From contig JAPSGB010000021.1 of assembly GCA_035063585.1 (NCBI GenBank), positions 18,696 through 82,695 on the forward strand: a stretch of 64,000 bases of DNA, in the 5' to 3' direction. Made by a program: the position numbers and the translations under genes. Source of the stretch: Polyangiaceae bacterium (GTDB lineage Bacteria; Myxococcota_A; Polyangia; Polyangiales; Polyangiaceae). Positions 28,805 through 38,684 of the stretch are shown here, one piece after another (the first letter of the stretch is position 1; each line of letters starts with the position of its first letter). The notes beneath the pieces are model-generated. The model searched no databases. It was not told where the DNA came from and worked only from the letters and a program-made list of their open reading frames with translations.

Positions 28805-29698
28805 CTAGACGCACACGCGGTTGCGCCCGCCGCGCTTGGCCTCGTAGAGCTTCTCGTCCGCGTGCTGGATGAGGTCCGAGGCGGCGCGATCATTCGGGCC
28901 GAGCAGCGCGCACCCGATGCTGATGGTCACCGGGATGCGCTCGCCCTGAAATACGAAGGCGTGCTCGGATACGCGCTTACGGAGATCCTCCGCGAGCTTC
29001 GCCGCGCCCTCGATGGGCGTCTCGGGCAGCACGATGACGAACTCCTCGCCGCCGTAGCGCGCGAACACCTCTTCGCTTCGGATCCGCTCTTGGACGATCT
29101 TGGCGAGCTCCCTGAGGACGTGATCGCCGGCGAGGTGCCCGAACTGATCGTTGATCCGCTTGAAGAAATCGATGTCGAACATGACCACGGACAGGTCGCG
29201 CGCGTGGCGTCGCGCGCGCATGAGCTCGCGCTCCATGGCCTCGTACAAGAAACGCTTGTTGTTGATCTGGGTGAGACCATCCACGATGGTCATCCGGTAG
29301 ATTTCTTCGTGGTACTTCGCCTCGGCGTCCGCACCCGAGAGGAACTTCAGGATGGTCGGTCCGACCTTCAGGCGGTCGCTGTTGTTGAGCAGCGCCTCGC
29401 CGCTGATCTGCTCTTCGTTCAGGTAGGTGCCGTTGGTCGAACCGTCATCGACGATGAACCAGCTCTTGCCGCGCCGCTCGAGGCGCGCGTGGCGGCGTGA
29501 CACGGAGTCTCCGTCGAGCACGATGGTGTTGTCCGGCCCGCGGCCGATCCGGACCGGGTTCTTGTCGAGCACGAAGCGCTTGCCGAGGAGCCCCTGCTCT
29601 TTCGTGTAGATCACCACCACGCAATCGTTGGTCGCCGCCTCGATGGACGGCTGCTGCACGACTTGGGTGACCCGCGTCTTCTCGTCGAACTCGCTCAC
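28805..29698 (-). CDS. FHA-GGDEF diguanylate cyclase
   Basis: FHA IGR..SRRHA..STNGT; DIDFFKRINDQFGHLAGD, RYGGEEF; GTG start 29698. Confidence 0.92.
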   Translation of the reverse strand: MSEFDEKTRVTQVVQQPSIEAATNDCVVVIYTKEQGLLGKRFVLDKNPVRIGRGPDNTIVLDGDSVSRRHARLERRGKSWFIVDDGSTNGTYLNEEQISGEALLNNSDRLKVGPTILKFLSGADAEAKYHEEIYRMTIVDGLTQINNKRFLYEAMERELMRARRHARDLSVVMFDIDFFKRINDQFGHLAGDHVLRELAKIVQERIRSEEVFARYGGEEFVIVLPETPIEGAAKLAEDLRKRVSEHAFVFQGERIPVTISIGCALLGPNDRAASDLIQHADEKLYEAKRGGRNRVCV

Positions 29699-29907
29699 GT
29701 CTAACCGATGCAGAGGAGGGGGTCGGGGTCGGCCGTCATCGTGAGTAACCTGACCCACCTCGCGCCCCGAGAGGGAACTCGGGCTCGGACGCTATCGCCC
29801 GCTCGTGACAGGCGTCAAGCCGACCCCGAGCGCTAGCCCGCCCGCTCCCGCGGCTTCTCGGAAAGTTCTAGCGAACCCTTCCTGATTCGGCCACCTTCTC
29901 CGGGCTC

Positions 29908-30435
29908 ATGCGCGCGCTCACCGGAGGCACCGTCTCGATATTCACCTACAAGCACGGGCTCCTCTCGCGGGTCGCGCATGATCTCCGGATCCGCGTCGAT
30001 CGGTTCGAGATTCGCCCCTCGGATTGGGGTCCGGAGGGCGCCGCGGTCACCGCGGAGTTTTACCCCGAGAGCTTCCGGGTCGAGGGCGCGATGAGGCAGG
30101 GCGAGCTCGCCCCGGACAGCCTCTCGGCGAGCGACAAGCGACAAATCGAGGACACGCTCACCCGGACCATCCTCCGCTCCGCGCCGGTGCGGTTCGACGG
30201 GACCGCGCGAGCGGAGGGCTCGTCATACCGCGTGGAGGGCGCGCTCGAGCTGGCGAGAAATACGGCCAACATATCGTTTTTGCTCATGAAAGCCGATTCT
30301 TGCCAATTGACCGGAGCGCTCGAGCTGGCGCCCTCGCGGTGGGGCATCGAGCCGTATTCGGCGCTGCTCGGTGCGATCAAGCTCCAGGATCGCGTGCGCG
30401 TGGTGTTCGAGCTTCCGCTCCCCGAGCCGAGTTGA
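29908..30435 (+). CDS. YceI-like protein
   Basis: GLLSRVAHDL, WGIEPYSALLGAIKLQDRVRV. Confidence 0.72.
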   Translation: MRALTGGTVSIFTYKHGLLSRVAHDLRIRVDRFEIRPSDWGPEGAAVTAEFYPESFRVEGAMRQGELAPDSLSASDKRQIEDTLTRTILRSAPVRFDGTARAEGSSYRVEGALELARNTANISFLLMKADSCQLTGALELAPSRWGIEPYSALLGAIKLQDRVRVVFELPLPEPS

Positions 30436-30470
30436 TGGGGTGTCGGCCCGGCGCGCTGCCCCGCGGTCCG

Positions 30471-31928
30471 TCAGCGCCCGAGCCCGCTGAGCGGCGGCGG
30501 AACCCAGCCGCCGAGCGCGCGCTCGAGCTCGCGGGCGATGGCGAGCGTCACGTGATCATTGCCGCGGCGCGACGCGACCTGCACCCCGAGCGGGAGCCCG
30601 GCGTCGTTCAGCCCGAGGGGCACCTGCGTCGAGGGCAGCTCGAGCACGTTCATGATGCCCAGGTAGGCCCAGGGCATGTGCAGGCGGAGCGCCTGCCGTA
30701 CCGGCTCGCCGTGCCGCGGAGCAGGCGAGCTGTGCGAGGGATAGAGGAGCGCGCCGCCTTCGCCGAGCGCTTCGGAGAGCTCGGCGTAAAGTCCGCGGCC
30801 GAGCTCGACCAGCCGCCGCGCCGACTCGGGGAACAGCTTCGGTAGCGGCTCGATCAGCGCGAGCGCGGTCGCCATGAGGGTGTGCTCGCTCTTGCCGACC
30901 GCGAGCTTCAGCAGCTCGCGGAGCGGTCGGATGGGGGTTCCCTCCCCGAGCAGCGCGCGAAAGGGAGTCTCGCTCGCCGCGCCCATCATCGCGGACCAGA
31001 TGTCGAACTGGCGCTCGAGCGCGGGAAACTGCATTTCTCGCACCCGCATGCCGCGGCGCTCGAGCGCGTCGAGGGCGCGCCGCTGCGCGCGCTTCAAATC
31101 GGCGCTCACCGGGATGGCGCCGTTCCCCTCGATCTGAAGCAGCGTGCGCCCCTCGAGCCGCACCGCGGCCGGATCCCCGAGTGGTATCTCGAGGCAGCCG
31201 GCCTCGACACCGTCCGGGCCGGCGAGGAGCCCGAGCAGCAGCGAAAGATCCTCGGCGCGCCGCGCCAGCGGCCCGGTCGTGCAGTAGCGCTCTCCCTCGT
31301 TCTCGGCGAGCGGGAACTGCCCGGTGTTCGGGACGAGCCCGCCGGTCGGCTTGTGGCCGAACACGCCGTTGAAGAAGGCCGGCCCGCGGATCGAGCCGCC
31401 GACGTCGGAGCCCAGGCCGAAGGGCGACGCGCCGGCGCCGATGATGGCGCCCTCGCCGCCCGAGCTGCCGCCCGCGATCCGGCTCGCGTCGTAGGGATTC
31501 CGGGTTCGGCCGTAGACGAAATTATTCGACTCCATCCACATGCAGAGCTCACTCGTATTGGTGACGCCGAGCGGGATGGCGCCCGCCGCGCGCAGGCGCC
31601 GAACCGCGGTGGCGTCCTCGCCCGCCACCACGTGGCGTCGCTGCACGAGCCCCGCCGACTGCGGCATGCCGGTGAGCGCGAAGCACTCCTTCACGGTGCA
31701 GGGCACGCCGTGGAGCGGCGGTAGCTCGCCTCCCGCGCGCCGTCGCTCGTCCGCCGCGTCGGCCTCGCATCGCGCCGCTCCGAAACGCTCGCGCACCACC
31801 GCGTTGATGCGCGGATTCACCCGCTCGATCTGCTCGATGTGCTGCTCGACGGCCTCTCGTGAGGTGAGCGTTCCTTCGCGGATGGCGCGCGCGATGGCGG
31901 TGGCGGAGAGGAGCCGGGTGTCGAGCAT
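30471..31928 (-). CDS. Amidase signature family enzyme (fatty-acid amide hydrolase-like)
   Basis: GVPCTVKE, GGSSGGEG, GSDVGGSIR. Confidence 0.92.
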   Translation of the reverse strand: MLDTRLLSATAIARAIREGTLTSREAVEQHIEQIERVNPRINAVVRERFGAARCEADAADERRRAGGELPPLHGVPCTVKECFALTGMPQSAGLVQRRHVVAGEDATAVRRLRAAGAIPLGVTNTSELCMWMESNNFVYGRTRNPYDASRIAGGSSGGEGAIIGAGASPFGLGSDVGGSIRGPAFFNGVFGHKPTGGLVPNTGQFPLAENEGERYCTTGPLARRAEDLSLLLGLLAGPDGVEAGCLEIPLGDPAAVRLEGRTLLQIEGNGAIPVSADLKRAQRRALDALERRGMRVREMQFPALERQFDIWSAMMGAASETPFRALLGEGTPIRPLRELLKLAVGKSEHTLMATALALIEPLPKLFPESARRLVELGRGLYAELSEALGEGGALLYPSHSSPAPRHGEPVRQALRLHMPWAYLGIMNVLELPSTQVPLGLNDAGLPLGVQVASRRGNDHVTLAIARELERALGGWVPPPLSGLGR

Positions 31929-32018
31929 CGTCCCGACGTCTTAGCCCGCGCCGGGCTCAGGGTCACCCGGGCGGCGCGCCCCGCGGTTCCGCGCCGGACC
32001 GACCCACCCGAGCCCGGC

Positions 32019-33851
32019 TCACTCGAGCGGGACCTCGAGCCCGACCAGTCGCATGAGTCGGAGCGCGTTGCCGGCGACGACTGGTCCCGGGCGGAGCTTG
32101 TAGTCGAAGGTCATCCGACCATCCGACACCTGCTCGCGAAAATGCACCAGCGTCACGCGCTCCATCAGCGGCGCGGGGAGCTCGGCGAGGCCCATGTCAT
32201 GGGTGGACGCGGCGCCCGTCGCGCCGCGCTCGAGGAGCTCTCGGAGCACCCAGCGCGCTCCGATCTGACGCTCGCGTGAGTTCGTTCCATGCAAGACCTC
32301 GTCGAGCAGGAAGAGCACCGGATCGTCGCCCGCGGTCGCGTCGAGCACCGCCTTCAGCTTGGCGACCTCGGCGTAGAAATGGCTGACGCCGCCGCCGAGC
32401 GAGTCGCTCACCCGGATGCTGGTGCGGACCGCGAAGTGCGCCACCCGAAAGCGACGCGCGCACACCGGCGCGCCGGCGAGGGCCATCACGGTCGCGAGCC
32501 CCATCGCGCGGAGCATGGTGCTCTTGCCGCTCATGTTGGAGCCGGTGACGAGGAGCGCGGTGCCCGGCAGCGAGAGCGAGACGTCATTCGACACGCGCGC
32601 CTCGTCGGCGATGAGCGGGTGGCCGAGCGCCTCGGCCTCGAAGCACGCGGGGCCGAGGGTCAGCTCGGGCATCACGAACGAGGGCTCGTCGCGGAGGAGC
32701 CCGGCCAGCGACGAGAGCGCCTCGAAGCGGCCGAGCGCCTCGAACCACCCGCGCGCGGCACGCCCGGAGGTGAGCTGCCAGCGCTCGAGCGCGAGCGTGC
32801 AATTCAGATCCCAAAGGAAGATCGCGTTGATGAACGGGTGCACGAGGCCGTTGTGACGAACGTCGTACCAGCCGACCAGGCTCCGAAACGCCTTCATGCT
32901 CGCCGAGGGCCGCACCGGGCCCGAGATGAGGCGCTCGCGAAGCAAAGACAGCGCCGGCGCCTGGACATCGACCTGCTCGAGCAACTCGAGCATCGCGCCG
33001 TATCGGAGGAACGCGCCCTCGGTGGATGACACCGCGAGGAACACCCGCGTCGTCTCCTCGCGCGTCTTGAAAGCGAGCAGGAGCTGCACGATGAGCGGCG
33101 CGCCCCAGAGCGCCGCGGGCAGCCCGAACCCGGCCGCGATCATCCCGCCGATGGTGAGCACCGGTAGGAGCCGCGCCGCCCAGATGAGGAGCGCGTTCTT
33201 GGTGAGCTCGGGCTCGGCTTCGGCCCAACGGAGGAGCGGCTCGGGATCGGGGGGCTCGCTCGCGCGCCGCTCCGGGCGGCCGCCATCGGCGTCGACCACG
33301 GCCAGCGCGAGCGCTTCGAGTCGCTGGCGGAGCTCGAGCTCGGGCGCGAGCGCGCGGGCCGCCTCCTGTCGCTCGCGGATCTCCGCGACCGGAGCCGGCG
33401 CGCGGAGCCAGTCCGCGAGCGTCTGCTCTCCGAAGCGGGTGTGCGCCACCGAGAGGCGCTGAAAGAGCGAGCCCGGTCCGAAGACGTCGAGATCGTCCGA
33501 ATACGGATGCCTCGCGTCGGCGAAACGCGCGCCGGTCGCGGGGAGCTCGCGGAAGCGTCCGTGCGCGCGCGCGTCGGCGAATCGGTTCACCCGCGCCGAG
33601 CGGAGCGCCGCGTCCTCCGCTTCGATGACCCGCGCGTGCCACACGACGAGCGCGATGAACGCGACGGCCGCCGCTGCGCTCGCGAGCGCGGCGACCAGCG
33701 GTGCCTGACCGAAGATGGCGAAGAGCGCGGAGACCACCGCGAGACCGAAGGCGAGCCCACGTAGGTTCGACACCAGGCGCGAGCGCGCGCCGTGCGCCTC
33801 GGCGATCCGGGAGTATCGCTCGGCGCGCGTGAGATAGGAGTCGTCGGTCAC
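32019..33851 (-). CDS. Membrane-anchored MutS-family ATPase (domain V only, no mismatch-binding domain)
   Basis: N-terminal TM helices; GSNMSGKST, SHFYAE, LLDEVLHGTNS, STHD; alternative TTG start at 33863. Confidence 0.85.
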   Translation of the reverse strand: MTDDSYLTRAERYSRIAEAHGARSRLVSNLRGLAFGLAVVSALFAIFGQAPLVAALASAAAAVAFIALVVWHARVIEAEDAALRSARVNRFADARAHGRFRELPATGARFADARHPYSDDLDVFGPGSLFQRLSVAHTRFGEQTLADWLRAPAPVAEIRERQEAARALAPELELRQRLEALALAVVDADGGRPERRASEPPDPEPLLRWAEAEPELTKNALLIWAARLLPVLTIGGMIAAGFGLPAALWGAPLIVQLLLAFKTREETTRVFLAVSSTEGAFLRYGAMLELLEQVDVQAPALSLLRERLISGPVRPSASMKAFRSLVGWYDVRHNGLVHPFINAIFLWDLNCTLALERWQLTSGRAARGWFEALGRFEALSSLAGLLRDEPSFVMPELTLGPACFEAEALGHPLIADEARVSNDVSLSLPGTALLVTGSNMSGKSTMLRAMGLATVMALAGAPVCARRFRVAHFAVRTSIRVSDSLGGGVSHFYAEVAKLKAVLDATAGDDPVLFLLDEVLHGTNSRERQIGARWVLRELLERGATGAASTHDMGLAELPAPLMERVTLVHFREQVSDGRMTFDYKLRPGPVVAGNALRLMRLVGLEVPLE

Positions 33852-33859
33852 GAGCGGCC

Positions 33860-34912
33860 TCAACGGATGAGAGAGGTGACGAGGTCGCCGATGCGATCGA
33901 GCGGCGCGACGTCATCGACGACGCCGAGTTCCACCGCCGCCTTGGGCATTCCATAGACGGTGCAGGTCTCGCTGCTCTGCGCCACGGTGCGAGCGCCGGC
34001 CGCCCTCATGGCGGCGAGACCGAGCGCGCCGTCGCGCCCCATGCCCGTGAGCACCACGCCGACCGCGCGCGCGCCGAACGCCAGGGCCGCGCCCTTCAGC
34101 GTGACGTCGGCCGCAGGGCGCACTCCATGCACGAGCGGCGAGTCGGAGAGCGAGATCCGGCCGCTCCGCTCGATGACGAGGTGGCGGTCGCCCGGCGCGA
34201 CCAGGGCCCGTCCGGGCTCGAGCGCGTCGCCCGCTCGGGCCTCGCGGACCGGAAACCGTGCCTTCTCGGCGAGCTGCTCGGCGAGCGCGGCGGTGTAACC
34301 CGCCGGCATGTGCTGCACGATCACGAGCGCCGCCCCGCGGAGCTCGAGGCGCGGTAGCACGCGGACCAGCGCCGCCGGGCCTCCCGTCGAGCTCGCGATG
34401 ACCACCAGCCGCAGGCCGGGCGGCATCGCGCGCGGAGCCGCGCGGAGGCGCTTCGACGCGGGCTCGCTCGGCGGCCCCGCGCTCGCCGCCGTCGGCGCGG
34501 GGAGCACGCGCGCGCCGGCTGCCAGCGCGAGCTTCGCGAGGAGCGCCTCCTTGATGCTCGAGAGGTTTGCGCTCACTTCACCGTCGGGCTTCTCCACGAA
34601 GTCGACCGCCCCGGCCGCCAGCGCCTCCACCGTGGCGGTGGCGCCGTCGCTGGTGTGAGCGCTCAGCATCACGATGGGCACCGCCCGCGCGGCGAGGATG
34701 GCGCGAGTCGCCTCCGCCCCGTTCAGCTCGGGCATGTTGAAATCCATGGTGATGAGGTCCGGCCGGAGCTTGGCGGCGAGCGCGACGGCCTCGCGACCGT
34801 CGCGTGCCTGACCGGCCACCACGAACCTCGAGTCGCTCTCGATGACACGCGCGACCGCGCCGCGCATGAACGCCGAGTCGTCGACCACCAGGACTCGGAG
34901 CGCGCCCGTCAC
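33860..34912 (-). CDS. cheB: Chemotaxis response regulator protein-glutamate methylesterase
   Basis: REC VLVVDDS..TMD..KP; SSTGGP, QHMP, GMGRDG, YGMPK. Confidence 0.93.
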   Translation of the reverse strand: MTGALRVLVVDDSAFMRGAVARVIESDSRFVVAGQARDGREAVALAAKLRPDLITMDFNMPELNGAEATRAILAARAVPIVMLSAHTSDGATATVEALAAGAVDFVEKPDGEVSANLSSIKEALLAKLALAAGARVLPAPTAASAGPPSEPASKRLRAAPRAMPPGLRLVVIASSTGGPAALVRVLPRLELRGAALVIVQHMPAGYTAALAEQLAEKARFPVREARAGDALEPGRALVAPGDRHLVIERSGRISLSDSPLVHGVRPAADVTLKGAALAFGARAVGVVLTGMGRDGALGLAAMRAAGARTVAQSSETCTVYGMPKAAVELGVVDDVAPLDRIGDLVTSLIR

Positions 34913-35556
34913 TTGCGCCTGCTGAACTTGACGACGACGCTCGCACCCACCATGGGCGCCGCCGGCGTCCCGACGTAGCGGCGATCGATCACGTCTGCGA
35001 TGCAGTGCGCGCCCTCGGCCGAGACGCTCCGGCTGCGCGCGACGCTCACGCCCTCCGCCCGCCCGCGCGAACGTACCAGGAAGCGGATGGTGACCTCGCC
35101 GGTCGGCGCCGAGAGCCCGCCGTTCTTCTTCACGCACTCGGCGTAGCGGTCCTTCGGCACCCCGAGCTTCTTCTCGGCTTGCGGCAGCGACCCCTCGTCG
35201 GCCGTCACCGGCCCGACCTGCACCTCGAGCTCGGCTTGCTCTGGGGTCGGGGCGGCGCGGCCGGCGTCCGGCTCGCCGGCGCTCGCAGGCGGCGCTGGCG
35301 CGGCGGATGGCGCCGGCGCGGCAGGTGGCGCTCCGCCGTCGCCGCGCCGCTCGAGCCACTCGGCCTCCGCGCGGGTGATGCAGCGGCTCATCATGCCCTT
35401 GCCGTTCGCGAGGCGTCCCCAGCTGCAGACCGGATCATAGGGATACCGGCTCGCTTCCCCCGGAGAGTCGGCCAGGCTGCTCGCAGCCAGCACCGCGATG
35501 GTCGTCGCGACGCCCGCCGCAGCGACGAAGAGCTTCATCTTGCCTCGCGCTAACAT
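34909..35556 (-). CDS. Secreted protein with AgmX/PglI (TonB C-terminal-like) domain
   Basis: Signal peptide, Pro/Ala linker, ECVKKNGGL..GEVTIRFLV..G..V.V....CIADVI. Confidence 0.65.
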   Translation of the reverse strand: MLARGKMKLFVAAAGVATTIAVLAASSLADSPGEASRYPYDPVCSWGRLANGKGMMSRCITRAEAEWLERRGDGGAPPAAPAPSAAPAPPASAGEPDAGRAAPTPEQAELEVQVGPVTADEGSLPQAEKKLGVPKDRYAECVKKNGGLSAPTGEVTIRFLVRSRGRAEGVSVARSRSVSAEGAHCIADVIDRRYVGTPAAPMVGASVVVKFSRRK

Positions 35557-37313
35557 GTTTGATCCTTGAACCCCAACAGTGAAAATGCGCTCACGGGTTG
35601 GTCGATCCCCTTCAGGGTGATGCCGGTGATTTCCTCCACCACCACGTGCTCCTTCACTCGCGCGAAGGTGTCCGCCGACAGGAGGACCCCGCCGAGCGGG
35701 CACTTCGACTCGTGACGCTGCGCCCGATTTACCACGTCGCCGATGCAAGTGTAGTCCCGGCGGACGTGGCGAGAGCCGATGTCGCCGCGGACCACGACGC
35801 CGCTATTCATCCCGATCCGCATGACCAGGGGTGTCTCGCGCGTGGCGTTGAAGGCGTCGAGCGCGCGCTGCATGCCCCACGCGGCCCGGGTCGCGCGGAG
35901 CGCGTGCGGCTCGTCGAAATCCGGGCGAGCCTCGAATACGGCCATGATGGCGTCGCCGATGAACTTGTCGATGTCACCGCCCTGGTTCTTGATGACCACG
36001 CAGAGCTCGTCGAACGCGCCGTTCAGGATGGCGACGACCTCGCCCGGGCTCATCTTGGAGCTCATGCTGGTGAAACCGGAGACGTCGCTGAAGAGCAGCG
36101 TCGCGTCCGTCTCCTTGGCGCGGACCTCCCCGAGGTGGCCGCTCGCGGAGAGCTCCTCCGCGGCCTTCACCGCGCCCTCGCTGATGTAGAGGCGCGACGC
36201 CTCCTTGTATCGAGCCAGGCGCTGCTCGGCGAGGACGCGTTCGACGATGGCGATGCACTTGTCGGTGCCGAACGGCTTGACGAGGTAGCTGGTGAGCCCG
36301 GCGGCGCGCATCTGCGCCTGGTCGCGCCTCGACTCACGCGCGGTGAGCATCACGATGGGCACGTCGCGCGTGGTGAGCTCGCGCCTGAGCGCCAAGGTCA
36401 GCTCGAAGCCGGTCATGCGAGGCATGTCGTAGTCGGTGAGCACGATGTCTGGCGGCGCAGCGAGGGCCTTGCCGACCCCATCGCGTCCGTCGACCGCGGT
36501 CTCGACGCGGAAGCCCTGCCGACGGAGGCAGTCGGCGACGAGATGTCGTATCGCCGCCGAGTCATCGACGACGAGCACCCGCTCGCGCAGGCTCACCATG
36601 CGCGTGGCGAGGAGCGCGTGAAGACGACTGATGAGCTCCTCCGGCACCACAGGCTTCACGAGGTAGTCGTCGGCGCCGCAGTCGAAGCCGCGCTCGAGAT
36701 CGCTCGCCTCGCCGAGCGAGGAGCAGATGACGACCGGGATGCTCGCGAGCTCGTCGTCCTCCTTTACCGCCCGGCAGAGGGAGAAGCCGTCCAGCTTCGG
36801 CATCTCGACGTCGGTGAGCAGGAGATCCGGGCGGCTCGCACGGAGCTTCGCCAGCGCTGCCTCGCCGTCCCACGCCTCCTCGACGTCATAGCCGGCGCCG
36901 ATGAGGATCGGCACCGTGTGTTTGTGGATGAGCTCGCTGTCGTCGGCGAGGAGCACTCGCAGGCGCCCGCGGCTCGAGTCTTCGATGGCGGCGAGCAGCT
37001 CGCTCGCCTGGAACGGGAGTTGGATGGCGCGGAAGAATCCCGCGCGTCGCGCCTCCTCGCAGGTGGTGACGTCGAGTCCGAGATAGACGGCGCGCTCGAC
37101 GTCGAGGCCCGTGCCGCGCGCGCGAGTGAGGGCCTGGGTCGCCGAGACCCCGCCGACCACCGGCGCGAAGAGCACCACCGAGGGGGCCACCTCGCACTGC
37201 TCGAGGAGCGCCGGGAGGTCCGGCGCGACCGCGAGCCGGTGCCCGGCCGGCTCGAGGGCGCGAGCGATGAACTGTCCGAGGACGCCGGGCGGCGTCACGA
37301 GCCCGACCTGCAT
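35550..37313 (-). CDS. Pseudo-REC-REC-REC class III adenylate cyclase
   Basis: Two intact receivers (DD..TD..MP..KP); SDVSGFT, DKFIGDAIMA, DYTCIGDVVNRAQR. Confidence 0.9.
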   Translation of the reverse strand: MQVGLVTPPGVLGQFIARALEPAGHRLAVAPDLPALLEQCEVAPSVVLFAPVVGGVSATQALTRARGTGLDVERAVYLGLDVTTCEEARRAGFFRAIQLPFQASELLAAIEDSSRGRLRVLLADDSELIHKHTVPILIGAGYDVEEAWDGEAALAKLRASRPDLLLTDVEMPKLDGFSLCRAVKEDDELASIPVVICSSLGEASDLERGFDCGADDYLVKPVVPEELISRLHALLATRMVSLRERVLVVDDSAAIRHLVADCLRRQGFRVETAVDGRDGVGKALAAPPDIVLTDYDMPRMTGFELTLALRRELTTRDVPIVMLTARESRRDQAQMRAAGLTSYLVKPFGTDKCIAIVERVLAEQRLARYKEASRLYISEGAVKAAEELSASGHLGEVRAKETDATLLFSDVSGFTSMSSKMSPGEVVAILNGAFDELCVVIKNQGGDIDKFIGDAIMAVFEARPDFDEPHALRATRAAWGMQRALDAFNATRETPLVMRIGMNSGVVVRGDIGSRHVRRDYTCIGDVVNRAQRHESKCPLGGVLLSADTFARVKEHVVVEEITGITLKGIDQPVSAFSLLGFKDQTC

Positions 37314-37589
37314 GACCGCGAGAGCGTAGCGCGAGCCCGGCCCACTCCCAGAGCGAATCGTGGGCGCGCGCCGCTTCGCGGGATTCCGGTGCCCGCGTCG
37401 CGGCCGGCCGGCGCGGCGCCGGGTGGTGTGCGCCGCGCGAGGGCGGTTTTCCGCGCCGGACCGACATCAGGCCCTCGGGGCCGCGGGTACCCGCCCTGGC
37501 GGCTTCCGAGGCGAGCGGCTCGGTGGCGCGGCGAGGGAGAGTGTCATCGCTTCGGCGCTGTGGGATAGTCGAAGAACGGAGGACTCAAC

Positions 37590-38684
37590 ATGATCGCGAC
37601 GCGATGGTTCGGGGCGCTCCTGCTCGCGGCGGGAGTCGGGGTGGCGAGCTGCAGCTCGTCGAGCGACGGTGGAGGTAGCGGTCCGGTGCCGCTCGAAGAG
37701 CTCCCGCATGGTCTGGCGACGTCCATATGCGGGCTCATGCAGCAGTGCTTTGGCGACGTGTACGAGGTGTTCATGCGCGGTCAGGACTGCGTCACGCTGA
37801 CCGAGCGCCAACTCGCCCAGCAGAGCTTGTCGGTCATCGGCACCTTCATCGACGACGGCACCGTTCAGTATCATGGCGACCAGGTGAAGGGCTGCCTCTC
37901 CGCCATCACCGCGAGAGGGTGTAGCCTGTTCGCCGAGCGGCTCCCGAGCGAGTGCGAGGGGGTCTTCGTGGGCAGCGTTGCCGTGGGTGGCGACTGCACC
38001 ATCACCGAGGAGTGCGTGCCCGGCAGCGTCTGCCTCATCACGGGCGGAACCTGCCCGGGCAAGTGCTCGCCCCGCGTCGCCGCGGGCGCTGCCTGCTCCG
38101 AGGACTCCGAGTGCGTGAGCGGCCTCAACTGTCAGAAGGGCCGGTGCGTCGCCCCGGCCGCGCAGGGTGAGGCTTGCGGGGGCGCGGCGCCGGCGTGCTT
38201 GGGAGGGCTCTTCTGCGCGGGCGAGGATGAAGACAAGGGGGTCTCGGGGACCTGCGCGCCGCTCGACACCGTGTTCGGAGCGGCGCGCGGTGAGTCGTGC
38301 GATGCGACGGCCGGCAAGCTGTGCGCGCCCGGGAGCTCCTGTCAGGTGTCGATCGAGAATCAGAGCGTGACGTGGACCTGCGTCGCGCCGGTGACCTCGG
38401 GCGCGGCGTGCAAGCTCGCGTTCCCCGACACGTGCCCGATCGACGAGTATTGCCGGATCGCGGCCGGTGCGAACCCGCCGATCGAGGGGAGCTGCGCGAA
38501 GCTTCCGGGGGTGGGGGAGGACTGCTCCGAGTCGAAGGTGTGCCAGCCCTACATGGCGTGCGACGCATCGACCAAGAAGTGCGTAGCCCTCACGGACGAC
38601 GGCGGGAGCTGCACGAGTGACGACTCCTGCTACAGCAAGCACTGCGTGAATGGGAAGTGCCGAGCGGGACTCTGCACGAACTGA
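37590..38684 (+). CDS. Cys-rich lipoprotein (Dickkopf/EB-like repeats)
   Basis: Lipobox VASC; repeated G..C....C...L.C motifs; SD GGAGG upstream. Confidence 0.85.
   Translation: MIATRWFGALLLAAGVGVASCSSSSDGGGSGPVPLEELPHGLATSICGLMQQCFGDVYEVFMRGQDCVTLTERQLAQQSLSVIGTFIDDGTVQYHGDQVKGCLSAITARGCSLFAERLPSECEGVFVGSVAVGGDCTITEECVPGSVCLITGGTCPGKCSPRVAAGAACSEDSECVSGLNCQKGRCVAPAAQGEACGGAAPACLGGLFCAGEDEDKGVSGTCAPLDTVFGAARGESCDATAGKLCAPGSSCQVSIENQSVTWTCVAPVTSGAACKLAFPDTCPIDEYCRIAAGANPPIEGSCAKLPGVGEDCSESKVCQPYMACDASTKKCVALTDDGGSCTSDDSCYSKHCVNGKCRAGLCTN

Noticed and set aside
28805..29698. Hypr GGDEF (cGAMP synthase)
   Set aside because: Keeps Asp in GHLAGD, the canonical guanine-specifying residue
32019..33851. 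Canonical mutS or mutS2
   Set aside because: No mismatch-binding or Smr domain; has TM helices
37590..38684. Multiheme cytochrome (also considered for 51016-51387 and the protease Cys-rich domain)
   Set aside because: Many Cys but no CxxCH; pattern fits disulfide-rich repeats
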